Positions 24,980 to 38,470 of a stretch of 64,000 bases of DNA are shown here, in pieces. The notes under the pieces are model-generated. The model saw only the letters and a list, made by a program, of their open reading frames with translations, searched no databases and was not told the DNA's origin. The position numbers and the translations under genes are program-made. How positions within the stretch are numbered: position 1 is the first letter of the stretch; every line of letters begins with the position of its first letter. Source of the stretch: Carcharhinus longimanus (Eukaryota); assembly GCA_030264375.1 (NCBI GenBank), contig JASCQW010000105.1, forward strand, positions 28,977,187 through 29,041,186. Reading direction: 5' to 3'.

Positions 24980-25900
24980 CTTTGTACATTTCACTCCATC
25001 TCCCAAATCTCACTTGTGCATTATGACTCTTCATCCACCTAACCCCCAGCCTCATGCCAACTTCTTACCAAGCAAATTTCCTTCATCCCTCCCTCAGCCT
25101 CATCCTTGGTGAGTTCACCTCCACCTCAATTCTCTGATTCCACTCCTCAGATTTAGCCTCTCTCCTGTTCATGCTGTATTTAACTGTTCCCCATTCATAT
25201 CCTCAGCCACCCTGCTGATCTCGTCGTCTCCCGTGGCCTCGCTTCCTCATCACTGAAGTAAGCACTGCATGATCTCCCTTACCATCTGCGTCCCTTCATT
25301 TTCTTTAAATCCAACTATCCTTGTCCTTGATTCATGAAAAAAAACCTTACCCCCCCCCCCCCAGCTCACTCATCAGTATTCCTTTGACTTTCAATCTATC
25401 CATCACAAAACTATAGCCACAAACCACCTACTGAACCAAAACTCTGCCTCTGTCTTGATCTCCCTTCTTCCCAGTGCGTCACTCAGCAATCCTACCCCTA
25501 CTTATCCACATTAGATCCCTATTTGTGTTCCAAGTGCATTCATATTTCTTCCTGTTTCAGCATCCTTATTCATTCCCTCAAGTCAAAGGGTGCCAACCTC
25601 AAGAGTCCAATCAATCGGATGTGGTCTGACTATATGAAGCACCACTTGTGCTTCTTCATCTCAGCCAGAATTACAAGGATCATCCTTTAAGGCAAGGAAA
25701 AATTCCCCAAACTCCCTTCCCCTATCTCCTTGAACCCTTCTTCCCCCACTAACACTTCAACCAAAAGTCAACAGTTCCATGATTCCTCAGTGGCCAGAAA
25801 TCGAGGCCACTTGGTCACCTGCCTCCATTATTTCCTCTTGCCCTAGTCTCCCAGTCAAGAAAGAAGCCCTTTTCATTCTTCTCATCTATTCCTGCCTTGT
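24980..25900 (+). mobile_element. Decayed L2-like endonuclease/linker region
   Basis: C-rich; CTCCTCATCCTTGGTGAGTTCACCTCCACCTCAA resembles the LLILGDFN.HL endonuclease motif, followed by a GH.LDL-like segment. Confidence 0.45.
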
Positions 25901-26229
25901 CTAAATTCTCCAAATTTCAATTGTAACAAAACAAAATAAAAATTCTTCCTCAACCGCTGAGTTTTTAGACAATATGTTCACAAATGGATAAACTCACTTA
26001 TCAGCAAACATTACATCTCGGAACAACATCCAGGTTTCTCCATTCATACATCTTTTCAAATTTCATTGCCACTGGAGACAGTTAAAAAGTGAATCACTGA
26101 AGCCACTAATTGGGTGCAGCAAACATATTTGTTCTCAACATGCTATNNNNNNNNNNNNNNAACACGTTCAGTCTCGATTGTCTCTGCAGCAAAATTGTGA
26201 CCTCAGGAAGCCCCAATATGTTTATACTA

Positions 26230-26680
26230 AATACTGCAAAAAGAAAAATTTGCATTTACATAGCACTTCATGATTTCAAGGAATCACAAAGCACTTCACA
26301 TCAATTTAATCGCAGTCACTTTAACATATGGAAATACTGCAGCTAATTCGCTTATGGCAATCTCCTATATACAGCAATGAACTCTACATGACCAGACAAT
26401 CTTTAAGTGAATGCTGGCTCTGGGATAAATATTGGGCAGGCCACTAGAACAAAGAATTCATCTACTCTTTTTGGAGTAGAATTGGACTTTCCATGTCCAA
26501 AGGATTCTGTTTAATAATTCCTGTAAAGGGCTACACCTCTAAAAATGGACAACCGCCTCAGTAATAAACTGAAGTCAGAGCCTGGATTATGGGTTCAATT
26601 GTCTGAAGTGGGCTTGAGCCTATGATCTTCTGCCTTGACGGTGAGAGAGTAACAACTAACTTAAGGTTGACACTTCAGGA
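26230..26680 (-). mobile_element. Old SINE with L2-like tail
   Basis: TTGCATTTACATAGCAC..CAAAGCACTTCACA...GGGATAAATATTGGGCAGG...GGGCTTGAGCCTATGATCTTCTG; similar copy at 62050-62470. Confidence 0.55.
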
Positions 26681-26949
26681 AATATTAACTACTGGCAACT
26701 GCATGGATNNNNNNNNNNNNNNNNNNNNNNNNNNNNNNNNNNNNNNNNNNNNNNNNNNNNNNNNNNNNNNNNNNNNNNNNNNNNNNNNNNNNNNNNNNNN
26801 NNNNNNNNNNNNNNNNNNNNNNNNNNNNNNNNNNNNNNNNNNNNNNNNNNNNNTCAATTCATTTATATCTTGTATCACCAAACCACTTGTGATGAAGAGC
26901 ATGCTAGAATATGACCAGCAGTAAACTCAGTTATACATAATTTTTATAA

Positions 26950-28270
26950 ACTCATTCACAGACTGTTGCTTGAAAGGAGCTGAGGATAACTCTGTAGCCT
27001 CGATTTGAAGGCTGGGCACATCAAATTCAAAAAGGCATACTGTATCTGGTCTGGGGTCAGATTTAGGCCTTGATTCCTAATTGGTGCATTGTCTAAATCT
27101 CTGTCTCCGTTGAGAAAGGCTGAAAATGGCCAGACGTGGTTGGACCTCCTGTTGCGGCCTAGGTCTCTCTCAACCAGAGCTTCTGGACAATGATACAATG
27201 GAAATGCAGAGGCTTCAGTGAAGCTACAGATGTATTCTTGAAGTTGCTTGACAATTCTGCCAGGGCTTTGGGCTTTTCAAGGTGAATGGATAGTAATGTT
27301 ATCCCACATTTATCATTAATCCTGCACTTTTGACTTACTCCCCTTTTGACTTTAATCCTGATTTTGTGATGTTGTCTTTTATCCTGATGTCACTCTATTA
27401 TCCAGTTTTTCTTTAAAAACCAGGGATATCTAGTTAATTACATTAGAATTCATCCACCAGTTTGCTCTGGCAGTGGAACAAGGGATATCTTAGTTGAAGA
27501 TGTGTTGCCATTTACGTTCAATCTTGATCTGTGTGTGACATCGGGGAGCTGGGTTGAGTTAAGAAGTTTAGGTTTTCCTGGATGGGGAAGGGAGGAGGGA
27601 AGGAGGAGAGAGAGTATTCTGTTGTTTATGGGGCCTGTGTGAGAACTGAAATACTGGGGCACTGCATTATCTGAGTTTCTCCTATGCAGTTATGTGGCTT
27701 TCTTGAAATCCTGCATGCGAGGTGTACACTGTCAAATCATGTCTTATGTCTATGCTTTTATCCTGCTGTTCCTCTCATTCACTAAAGCTTGCTTTCATCA
27801 TCTGGGTCAGTAGGGCTGAATATAGGCTGAAATTGGTTTTATTTAATCCCACTGGGTTTCCCTCATCTTGAAGGGAACAGGGAGCTGTATCCTACTGTTC
27901 CCCTCTTTCTGCTGTTTCCTTTTTGGAGTGCTATTTTTGGCTCCAATTGGTTATGGACGCCATATGGGTACTCTTATGCTACGTAGTTTGATCCTTGTTA
28001 TCATGTGGGTGAGGGTGTGAACCATATGCCCACGGCTTTATCCCATTACCCTGATATCCCCCACTCTATGTAATATCCTTTTATTATTCATACAAAGGGA
28101 CACATCTATTACAACTGATATTCCAATCCAATTGTAATGATATTGGCCAGTCTGTGTATGTATGTATGTGTGGAAAAGTGATTATGCTGTACTGTATCAA
28201 TCCTTGAGGGTTTGTTGTGTCACTTGCAAAAATGGGGGGAAATTTTCAATAAGAACATTTTCAGAAAAGA
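26950..28270 (+). mobile_element. Possible L1/Tx1-like LINE 3' region (decayed)
   Basis: T-rich decayed coding-like sequence ending in AAATTTTCAATAAGAACATTTTCAGAAAAG (polyA-signal/A-tail-like). Confidence 0.35.
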
Positions 28271-30169
28271 ACGATTTGACATGGCTAGACCAGTTCAATT
28301 TCTAGTCATTGGTGGGTAACCTCCACAATGTTGATAGTGGGAGATTTGATCATGTTAATGCTACTACATTTTAAACGGAGGTGGTTTATTTGNNNNNNNN
28401 NNNNNNNNNNNNNNNNNNNNNNNNNNNNNNNNNNNNNNNNNNNNNNNNNNNNNNNNNNNNNNNNNNNNNNNNNNNNNNNNNNNNNNNNNNNNNNNNNNNN
28501 NNNNNNNNNNNNNNNNNNNNNNNNNNNNNNNNNNNNNNNNNNNNNNNNNNNNNNNNNNNNNNNNNNNNNNNNNNNNNNNNNNNNNNNNNNNNNNNNNNNN
28601 NNNNNNNNNNNNNNNNNNNNNNNNNNNNNNNNNNNNNNNNNNNNNNNNNNNNNNNNNNNNNNNNNNNNNNNNNNNNNNNNNNNNNNNNNNNNNNNNNNNN
28701 NNNNNNNNNNNNNNNNNNNNNNNNNNNNNNNNNNNNNNNNNNNNNNNNNNNNNNNNNNNNNNNNNNNNNNNNNNNNNNNNNNNNNNNNNNNNNNNNNNNN
28801 NNNNNNNNNNNNNNNNNNNNNNNNNNNNNNNNNNNNNNNNNNNNNNNNNNNNNNNNNNNNNNNNNNNNNNNNNNNNNNNNNNNNNNNNNNNNNNNNNNNN
28901 NNNNNNNNNNNNNNNNNNNNNNNNNNNNNNNNNNNNNNNNNNNNNNNNNNNNNNNNNNNNNNNNNNNNNNNNNNNNNNNNNNNNNNNNNNNNNNNNNNNN
29001 NNNNNNNNNNNNNNNNNNNNNNNNNNNNNNNNNNNNNNNNNNNNNNNNNNNNNNNNNNNNNNNNNNNNNNNNNNNNNNNNNNNNNNNNNNNNNNNNNNNN
29101 NNNNNNNNNNNNNNNNNNNNNNNNNNNNNNNNNNNNNNNNNNNNNNNNNNNNNNNNNNNNNNNNNNNNNNNNNNNNNNNNNNNNNNNNNNNNNNNNNNNN
29201 NNNNNNNNNNNNNNNNNNNNNNNNNNNNNNNNNNNNNNNNNNNNNNNNNNNNNNNNNNNNNNNNNNNNNNNNNNNNNNNNNNNNNNNNNNNNNNNNNNNN
29301 NNNNNNNNNNNNNNNNNNNNNNNNNNNNNNNNNNNNNNNNNNNNNNNNNNATCATGTTAATGCTACTACATTTTAAACGGAGGTGGTTTATTTGTTGGAG
29401 ATGGTCATTGCCTGGCATTTGTGCAGTATGAGTGTATGCACAACATCACTTAACAATTATCAATGTCACTTAAAAACTGACCTATGTATAATGTTAGGCT
29501 TTCACAGTAATAAAAAGCTGCATTAATGAATTTGTCATCTGAATGAAATCTTCCATGGAATTTACAACAAAGCACTACAAAGTATAGGTTGCTGTTGTGC
29601 TCCAAAAGTCTCCTACAATTCCATGTCCCTTTTAGCACATATTTCCATTCATGTCTCTCTCATGTTTATCTAGTTTAAGGCATCCAAGCTAGTTACACTA
29701 CTTCATTTATAACTGCAGTATTGCCTCCAGCAACAATACTATAACATTAATTAGCATATATAGCCCAAAGGGATATGTCACTAATTTCCCCATCATACTC
29801 AACAATTCACACATGGTTTGATACCCTAAGTGTCAAAATTACACAAGCAGATTCCCAGTGTGACTGCCTTGAGCATTATCAGCCTACGGCAAAATCTCTC
29901 ATCCAGACCACTTTAACAAAATAGTTAAATAAAATAGCATTCCAACACAGATAACTTGGCTAACAAACTGGATGAAAAGAAATTTTAGTTAATCCAGTTG
30001 CCACAGAAGTTCGGTGAGTAGCTGGACCACACTGATTCGAAAGGCAGAGAGTCTGCAGTAGGTCTGCCACCAGTCTTAGAAAATCCACAAAATTATACAA
30101 GCCTGAACTTCTGGGAGTACTAACAGTCCTAGGCCAAAAAATCTCAACCTGCACATGAGGGATACAAAA

Positions 30170-30520
30170 TATAGCACCATTCATGTTATGAGACGTGCCA
30201 AGGCATTTCACAGGAGTTTTGTAGTGCAACAACTGACACCAAAAAAACACAAAAGGAGATATTAGGACAGATCAAAAAAAGACTTGGTTGAAAAGGTAGG
30301 TTTTAAGGTGCATCTTAAAAGGAGATAAAGTCTATAAAAGAACTTTGGAGGCACAACTGCCAATGGTGGAGCAAGAGCACTATGGGGCTGTTGTAGATTA
30401 CAAGCAGAGAGGCAAGACCAGAAAGGGATGTGAATACAATGCGAACTTTAAAGTCAAGGCATTGTTTAAGGAGTCAATATAGGTCAGCAAGTACAGGGGC
30501 AGGGAAAGAGAAAGAGGAGA
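30170..30520 (-). mobile_element. L2-like 3' end
   Basis: CCAAGGCATTTCACAGG...AAGGAGATATTAGGACAG...AAGGTAGGTTTTAAGG, as in the other L2 copies. Confidence 0.55.
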
Positions 30521-31950
30521 ACATGCCAGATCACAGCAACCCCACAATTGTGACCATCCTAAAGGCAAGTGACAAATCTTACTACAGTATCTACAGAGGA
30601 ATTTCTCTGATGGCAACCAAACAGAAGGCCATCACAAGAGTCCAACTTAATCACCTTCCCTCCAAGGCCAAAGAACTCCTCCCAGATATCCAATGCAGAT
30701 TCTGCTCACTAAAGGCACGCAACAGACATTATCTTGACCACACCACAACTACAAAAGAAATGCAGCAAAAAGCACCAGCCGTTATATACGCCATTCTTTG
30801 GCCTCACTAAGACATTTGACATTGCCAACCCTGAGGGATTTTGGAACTTCCTGCTGTTTCTGCTGCTTCCAAAAAGTCCTCCATCTGCTCCATGATGACA
30901 TACAAGCAGTGATCCTTATCAACAATCTATCACAGACCCAGATCCAATTCTCATTGAAACTGGCATCAACAAGATTGTTTTAATCGCTTTTCTCAACTTT
31001 CCTTGCTGAAGTGCTCCATCTTACCTTCAGCAAGCTCCCTGCTGGAGAAGAACTAAACTATAAAACAAACAGGAACCTGCTCAACCTCCGACGCCTGTAG
31101 GCCAGATCCAAGGTCATCCCATCCTTAGTCACTGAACTGCAGCACGCAAACGGTGCTTGCTTCAGCACACACTTGGAGGCTGAGCTCCAAGCCATCATCA
31201 ATACATTCATGGAAGTGTACAACAGCACTGACCTCATACTAAACATCTGTAAGATCCTCTACCACCTGCCACGCCACACAGTACTGTTCCCTCTGGTTAT
31301 TAAAATCCACGATTAGCCTTTGGGACAACTTGAACGACTTTCCACACCTTGGGAACCTGTCAACAGGGCAGATAACGAGGTTCAACATCTCCTTCAGTGT
31401 GGCAGTGCAATCTTAGTCACCTGAGGAAGACAGCTTGAAGACCAAGACCTCAGAACAATGGTCTACAGACTAGTAATGATACCTAAACTCCTACATGGGT
31501 CAAAGATATGGGTTATATACACTAAGTACCACTAGTCCTGCCTCAGCAAAATCTACAAACCCATTGGCAGGATAGGCACCTCAACGTCAGTATTTCCATT
31601 CAGACAAACATTACCAGTATTGAAGCATTAACCATGCTCGATTGGCTCCACTGGGTGGGCCACATCGTCTGCACGCCTGAGGCAAGGCTGCCAAAACAAA
31701 CATTCTATTTGGAGCTTTGTTGTGGCAATTAAGCCCCAAGAGGGCAGAGGAAATGCTTCAAGGACACCCGCAAAGCCTTCTTGAAAAAGTGCAACATTCC
31801 CACTAACACCTACGAATCCACGGCCCAAGTCTGCCCAAGATGGAGGAAATGCATCCAAGAAGGAGCTGAACATCCTCGAGTTTTATCACCAAGAGCAAGC
31901 TGAAGCTAAACATCAACAGCACAAAGAGCATGTGACAACACACGACAAGG
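30520..31950 (+). mobile_element. RTE (BovB-like) LINE, decayed
   Basis: LHWVGHIVCTPEARLPKQTFYLEL...GQRKCFKDTRKAFLKKCNIP...WRKCIQEG; upstream LFNLRRL and ELQ(Y)ADD-like RT remnants. Confidence 0.85.
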
Positions 31951-33599
31951 CAGGTATCACAGACCCTGTATAACTAAGAGAAAATGGATGAACAGGATTT
32001 GGTGCAAGCAGGCAAGTACATAGTCAGAATTTTGGAAGGAAAGTGCAACTTCCTTTCCTCACTCATTTAGACTGAAAGCCTAGTTAAAAAGGTTGAGAAA
32101 AACCATTTGGGCCATCTTAGTTCATCAACCTAGAACGATCTTGCCATTTTTTTGTATAAAAGAGTCCACGCTCTTATGAAAGTTCACCAAAGAACCAACT
32201 TCCTTCAAAAGGCCCTGCAGCCTAGTGAGAAATCTCTGCTTACAAAGCTTTCACTTCAACTAACACCATCAATTAATCTAACAAACTACGGGGCTGCTAC
32301 TATAAACAGGCTGTGAAAATCATAAATTGCAATTGTATTTTTTTCCCATCCAAATGTTTAATCTTTATGAAAGGTGATCATGTGTCTGAGTTGAGTGAGA
32401 GATGCTGCATTTTTTAAACTGTTAAGAACCAGGCTAGAAACTCCAATGAATTTTGTGAAGATAACCTAGACCCTAAGTCTTTGCATTTGAATTTGGCATG
32501 GCTGAGTAGAAGACCTTTCACTCCAGGTACAAGTCAAGTGACCCACTAGGAAGCTTTAATCAAAAAGTTTAGTTAAGGACACAGTTAAAATATAATAAAA
32601 AGATTGAGCATAACTTTTACCAATTACAAGAATCAAACATGACACAGTATAAACCTTAACAGCTAGCTATCTATGTTGTTCCAAGTCAAATACCATTCCA
32701 TAAACATGCACCGTTTCTAGACTTGGCACAAAAAGCAAGTGTGCTCCCACGTTGCTTGAACTTCAGCTTTTTAACATGTGCTATGAATTGATCCTTTGGA
32801 TGTTGGAATAAATCTTTAAGGCTTCCCAGTCGTGGAACTTTCCAAAATCCTCAGGTGAGGGAAAGTTAGTGATGCTGCCTGCTTCCACCAGCTTCTAACA
32901 ACTAAACTGAAACTAAGACTCCAGGGGTAAAGCACTGTTGTTTTCCTCCACTTCAAACTACCAATGAAAAGTGAAACTAAAAGCTGGACCTGTAAAACAT
33001 ACCTGTCTCCAGTCACATGACAAGCTATCAAGCTCCGCTTAGAAATTCCGAGGGATCATTAAAAACCACAGGACCCTGCATTAGTCCACATTAAAATCAA
33101 CTTGACATCAATTATACTGTTTCAATAACTATTAGAGGATACCAGTTACAATCATGGAGCCAATACAATCTTCCAAAGGAACATGATTAAAATACATTTC
33201 TTAAAGGCACAGAATGTCACAAAATTTCAGGGCAAGTATGGGATAGTAAATGGAATCTCTAGTTTTAAATTCACAAAACTTGCTACTGGAATTATTTAAA
33301 TTGGGACAATTATTCTGAGGGTAAGAAAGTACACACATCTCACATAAGAAAAACACAAATTTTGTTTGTGACAAATGGGCTTTGTTGATCGTTGTTCCAC
33401 ATAGAGTATGTTAAGCATTGGGTGCATTAAGACTATGCAGACCCTTCCACTTTAGTAGAGTTGGAATGCTGCCAGAAGATAGTTTCAAAGTAGGTTAGTA
33501 AACTGTTCTCTTTCCCAATCACAGCCACCTCTAGCATTAGCTTCTCTAACTGCCTCTATCTTTATTGAGAGTCTAGCCCCACCCACCCCCTCATTTATC

Positions 33600-34190
33600 A
33601 TGCTGGCCCCCTGCAGGGAGGGTCATGTGCCATATCTATACCAATAACACAATTCTACTTGTTCTCCCCTTCTCTGAATCCTTCCAATGCCTGTATTTTG
33701 AGAGATTACTTGTCCAAAATCCAGCCCTGGCTAAGTTGCAATTTCCTTCAATTTAAGGATAGTTTTGACATCTGCCACAAACTCCTTCCCAGCAATTTTA
33801 TTGCCACCTCCCCCAGTCACCATCTCAGGTTGAATCAGTTCACCACTGTTGGATCCAAATCAACTCAGTGTTGAGCTCCATCACAAAGAGCACCTTCAGA
33901 ACACTGTCCTCCTCTGACCTTCTGTTACCAAAATATACACATCCGTGTCTTTCTTCCTCACCTGCAGACTCACTTAACTGTTGACAATGACTAAAGGCAT
34001 AATCTCTGCTTTCCTTAAGACGCAAATCACTCCATCTGTCTCTCCTCCTTTAAAATCATAATTTAAAAAGCATTTCTTGACTAAGCTTGCATTATGTATC
34101 CTCTTCACTAGCTCCATGCCCATTTTTGGATAATGTTTTAGCAAAATGCTTTGGGATGCATTTTCTATATCACAGACTCTACATAAGTCT
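33600..34190 (+). mobile_element. L2-like LINE fragment
   Basis: DYLSKIQPWLSCNFLQF motif and L2-like tail (TGCTTTGGGATGCATTTTCTA). Confidence 0.6.
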
Positions 34191-36760
34191 TGATTCATGC
34201 TGTTGTCACATTTATGGTAAAGGAGATATGAAACATGGATTTTCCTAATATGATTACTGTGACTGGAATTTAATTTGTTGCAATAATAAAGTAACAAATT
34301 TATTTTTTCAAAATGCAAATCTAATATTTATACCATTATAATCTATCATGCTGTCCTGCACTAGCAAACTAGCAAAAGGAAATGTGAATCAAGATTTAAA
34401 GCATCTTCATCAAACATCAGTGTTAGCAATATTTTGACGATGCAGTAATGCAGTTGTGTGTGCAGGGTTCATTTTGTGGGTGTGGGGACAACCATGATTC
34501 TAATATGCATTGTTATATTTTTGTTTAGGAGCAATGAATTATAACAGGTTGCAAAATGTATTTTTCCCCACCCAAAACAGGTGCTTTGTAAATGGTATAC
34601 GCAACAGAAAAAGAACAGAAATCGATCCAATACATTGTTGGAAGTTTTATAAACCAAACCTGCATGTGCTTTTCACCAATTTAGAATAATTTGATTAGCA
34701 GATCTACTGGTCTGGCGTTTCTGCTAGATGTATAAGCTGAAAGCTAGCCCCAGAGACTCAACCGCCCTGCTGATAAAAAAAATTATGCCTAAGCATCTTC
34801 AGAAACTTATTGGAATATATCCATACATACAATGGACAGATATCATCTGAAACAAGGAAAACTTATGCCATACATTCTCTTTCTTTAAATATGAAAAATG
34901 TAAGCTTCAATTCACTTCACTGTCATTTATGTGCATTCGGAATCTGAAACCAGGTGAGTTTTTCAATATTTAATGGAACTGCTATTTCTGCTACAAAAAT
35001 ACATTTAAAGCAACACAAAGTACATAGCAGGCCTCTTGAGAATAAAGCTTTATAAACATTCAAAAAATTGCCCTATAACCGAAGTAGAATTGCTTTACTA
35101 TGCACCTGAAACCTGGCTGCAATATGAAAAATCCATTCAACAAGCCTAACGTGAGGACACTCACATATGAGTCATGAAAGCATAGCCATTTTTACAGGGG
35201 TAGGAACTCATTCTAGTAGTGAACTTTACAGATGGCTGTGAATGATATAGGAAACAACAAAGTATTTGTAGTTCTGCATTTAAGTTCCACAAACAAAGCA
35301 GATAATGCACCCAGGTTGTGGGTGTCTCTGGTCATATGGCTGAGAAAACTACAAATGATTATTTAGTAACATACTTTAACTGGATGCTCTTAAACATGCA
35401 TTGAGTGACTTTTTATGGACATTGCAATATTACACATTTCATAATTTGCAAGAATTGATATTACGTTCCACCACAAAGCACAGAGCTCGCATTTAGTTCT
35501 TTAGAGATTTATGCTATCAATGCCTCAGTTTAACATTTCACTACACTGAGTCATCTGCTGAGGTTACATTTCAAATCACTGGATTGAGGCTCGAATCCAA
35601 GACTTGATTACACACGAGCAAGGACTGACACTACAAAATGTGGACTTGTGCCCATTAATCCCACCAAGTTGCCAGTTTCAGTCATGGTGGGCAGCATTNN
35701 NNNNNNNNCCCATGCCCGCTAGTTTACTGAAGTAAATTTCCTATTCTTGGATAGATAATGTACTGTATAGAAAAATTAAGACAAAAGGAACAAACTTGGA
35801 ACATCAATACATAAAAAGAATCAAATTGGAGACTGGAAAAGATCTATACCTTTCGTTACTTCCATTAAGTACATGCTAAATTAATTATATAAAGAGAAAA
35901 TTATGAAGTATCAGAAAATTCCTTGCCATCAGTTTTTGCTTTGATTCCGAAGGCTCTTGACTCCTTCTCAAGCATAAAGCTTCACAGTCCTTTCATTTCA
36001 ATTTGCAATTATTCACGTGTTGAATCTTCAGAGTTCTGGCAGTCTATTAAGCCATGTGGGGATTGTCATAGTTCTTCCCAAATGTATCCTTAGTTGACTA
36101 ACAGTTGTAACGGGGAGTATTGATACCAATTATGAGCAAGACCTCGCGTGAATTTTCCATTCCCAACCACAGAACACCTATTTTCCTATCCTGAGATAAA
36201 TAATTGACTTAAAGCCAAGGATCAAACCAAAGATATTGGTGGTCCAAACGGCTGTTACTTGAGAGATAAGCACTCAGTTACAATAGTAACCCAACCACAA
36301 ATTGCAACACATCAAAGCTGATAGCATCACTTGGTCATTAGCGCACCAAAACAGAAACATTTAAGTATTTTTACACTTCTTAATATATGACACAAACACA
36401 TTATAGGATCAACTATTAAAATATGTTTAACCATTAAATCTTGTCAAGTACACCATCTTAGCTTTTCAAAACCATCGATAAAATACCATGTAAAATCAAT
36501 TTATCACTGAAAGAGTAATGCACTTCAAGTAGATATGGTGCATTACTACAATTCCAATGAAAGTTAACTTGTACTGGAATGGAAGTTTATAGACACTAAC
36601 TTTCCATTTCCCCTGCCATCACCGTGTGAGGTTCATTTCCCGAACCTTTGCATCGTGGTGGTGCCGGCGGTGATGAGCTGGTGTCATATGTCTGCATGCT
36701 CATATGGTGGCAAATGCAACTGATGCGCTGAAATTACTCAATGTGTTGTTTACTCAATGT

Positions 36761-36910
36761 GTCAGGTGAGTGGACCCACTCACCTGGCGAAGGGGCAGGG
36801 CCCTGAAAGCTAGTGGCGTTTGCTACCAAATAAACCTGTTGGACTTTAACTTGGTGTTGTCAGACTTCTTACTGTGTTTTCTCCAGTCCAACACTGGCAT
36901 CTCCACACCT
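36761..36910 (+). mobile_element. Penelope-like pLTR fragment with hammerhead-like core
   Basis: Reverse-complement homolog of 46545-46680; 11-bp hairpin CAGGTGAGTGG/CCACTCACCTG, then CTGGCGA-helix-GAAA-GC-TA. Confidence 0.7.
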
Positions 36911-38349
36911 TGCTCATCAATGCCACAGAAGTTTCCCCGGATTACCACTGACTCATTGACTTTGAGTGATCTAAGCACCAACAGTTAATAGCATCAACAC
37001 AACATAAAAGCAACTTGCCCAGTTCTAAACCCAACCTCAATTACTGCAGTGTAGCAATAAAGGATTTATTTTACCAGATGTGGAACTGAGGTTTGTTGTC
37101 AAAAATTTAGGGAGGAAATAAACACACTAGAAGTGTTTCCAAGTCAAATAAGCAGCTTTATTAAATAAAACAATCCTCATGGTGCAGAGGAATTCTATAT
37201 CTTGTGCTAGCACCTTTCATATATCTTGCATGACACTGAACAAAATCCAGCTCAGGCCTTACAGAATCAAATTAATTTCAAGTTTCAAGACTCAGAAACC
37301 TAGCCATGATATGGCATTATAAACTTGCTCAGGAATCTTATGTTCTTCTCTCTCCCACCCCTCTCAAAACACATGGAGATTATGAGCAGAGTTCAAAATC
37401 ACAGGTGACTTTGAAAGCTCTTGACTGAACACTGAACAATGCATCCCATTTCAAGAGATGGGGCTCTTTGTGCCACTGATGCAAAAGAAATATTGTTGCA
37501 CCTGCCCAGAAGGTGGAGTGATGATGTGTTACATTAATCCAAAAGAACAGGGAGGCCATGTGTAGTTTGAAGTAGCACAAGGGATTGAAAGATGGCTACT
37601 TCGGAGAACTGCATCTCTCTTAAGCAGACTGTCCCTTGTTTCCACATTATGGATATGTTTCTAAGTTATGAATTAATTTCTAAGGAAAATAGCTAACAAA
37701 ACAATTAGATATTGAATGCAGAATGTTGAATAAACCAAGTAATTTATCAAAAAATTAAGATGCGAGATGATTTATTGAGGGTGTCACAGCATCTCTAGAA
37801 ATAAACGTTGTCTCTGACATTTATCCAAAAGCATTTCTGATGGTATAGCAACATTAATCACAGGATATAATTAAAGTAATATATTGCAACCCAGTATCAA
37901 CTAGCTAGGCACATACATTTACACATTTGGCACTAACCTTCAGCACCAGTCAATACTTGTTTAATTACATACATTTCTTATAACATACATGTTTATTATA
38001 CAAAAAAAGAGTTTTGAGGAGCAATTTTGTGTCTCCCTTTCCTGTTTCTATACCCTCTTAAAGTGATCTGTTCTCCCACAAAGAAGCCACAATTTCTGCT
38101 TGACAATAAATCTACTCATACAACAACCTTACAAAAGGTAACCCAATCGTAATAGCCTATACTTACAAAGTAAACTTTCTCCATGCTGCTTCTCAGTATG
38201 ACAAGTAGGCTTTTCAAAGATGTGCACATATCGCTGAAAAGTTTGCATCCTGCATCTACAAATCATCTTACAAATTTCAGCTGCATGGATGATGACAATA
38301 TGATTCTCCACAATATTTTCTGTTGAATTCATTAAAGTCCAAAAGGTAT

Positions 38350-38470
38350 GTAGATGAGATGATCAGCCATGACAAATGTGCAAGATTATAGGTGGAGAGG
38401 GGAGCTTGGGTGGGAAGGTGCAGACTCAGTGGGCCAAATGGCCTCTTTCTGCACTGTAGGGATTCTATGG
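38350..38470 (+). mobile_element. CR1/HE1 3' tail
   Basis: GATCAGCCATGA...GTGCAGACTCAGTGGGCCAAATGGCCTCTTTCTGCACTGTAGGGATTCTATG. Confidence 0.65.

Noticed and set aside
28306-29431. Long ORFs of 331-370 aa (also 50887-51768, 6565-6934, 26622-26924)
   Set aside because: Their length comes from N runs translated as X; not genes.
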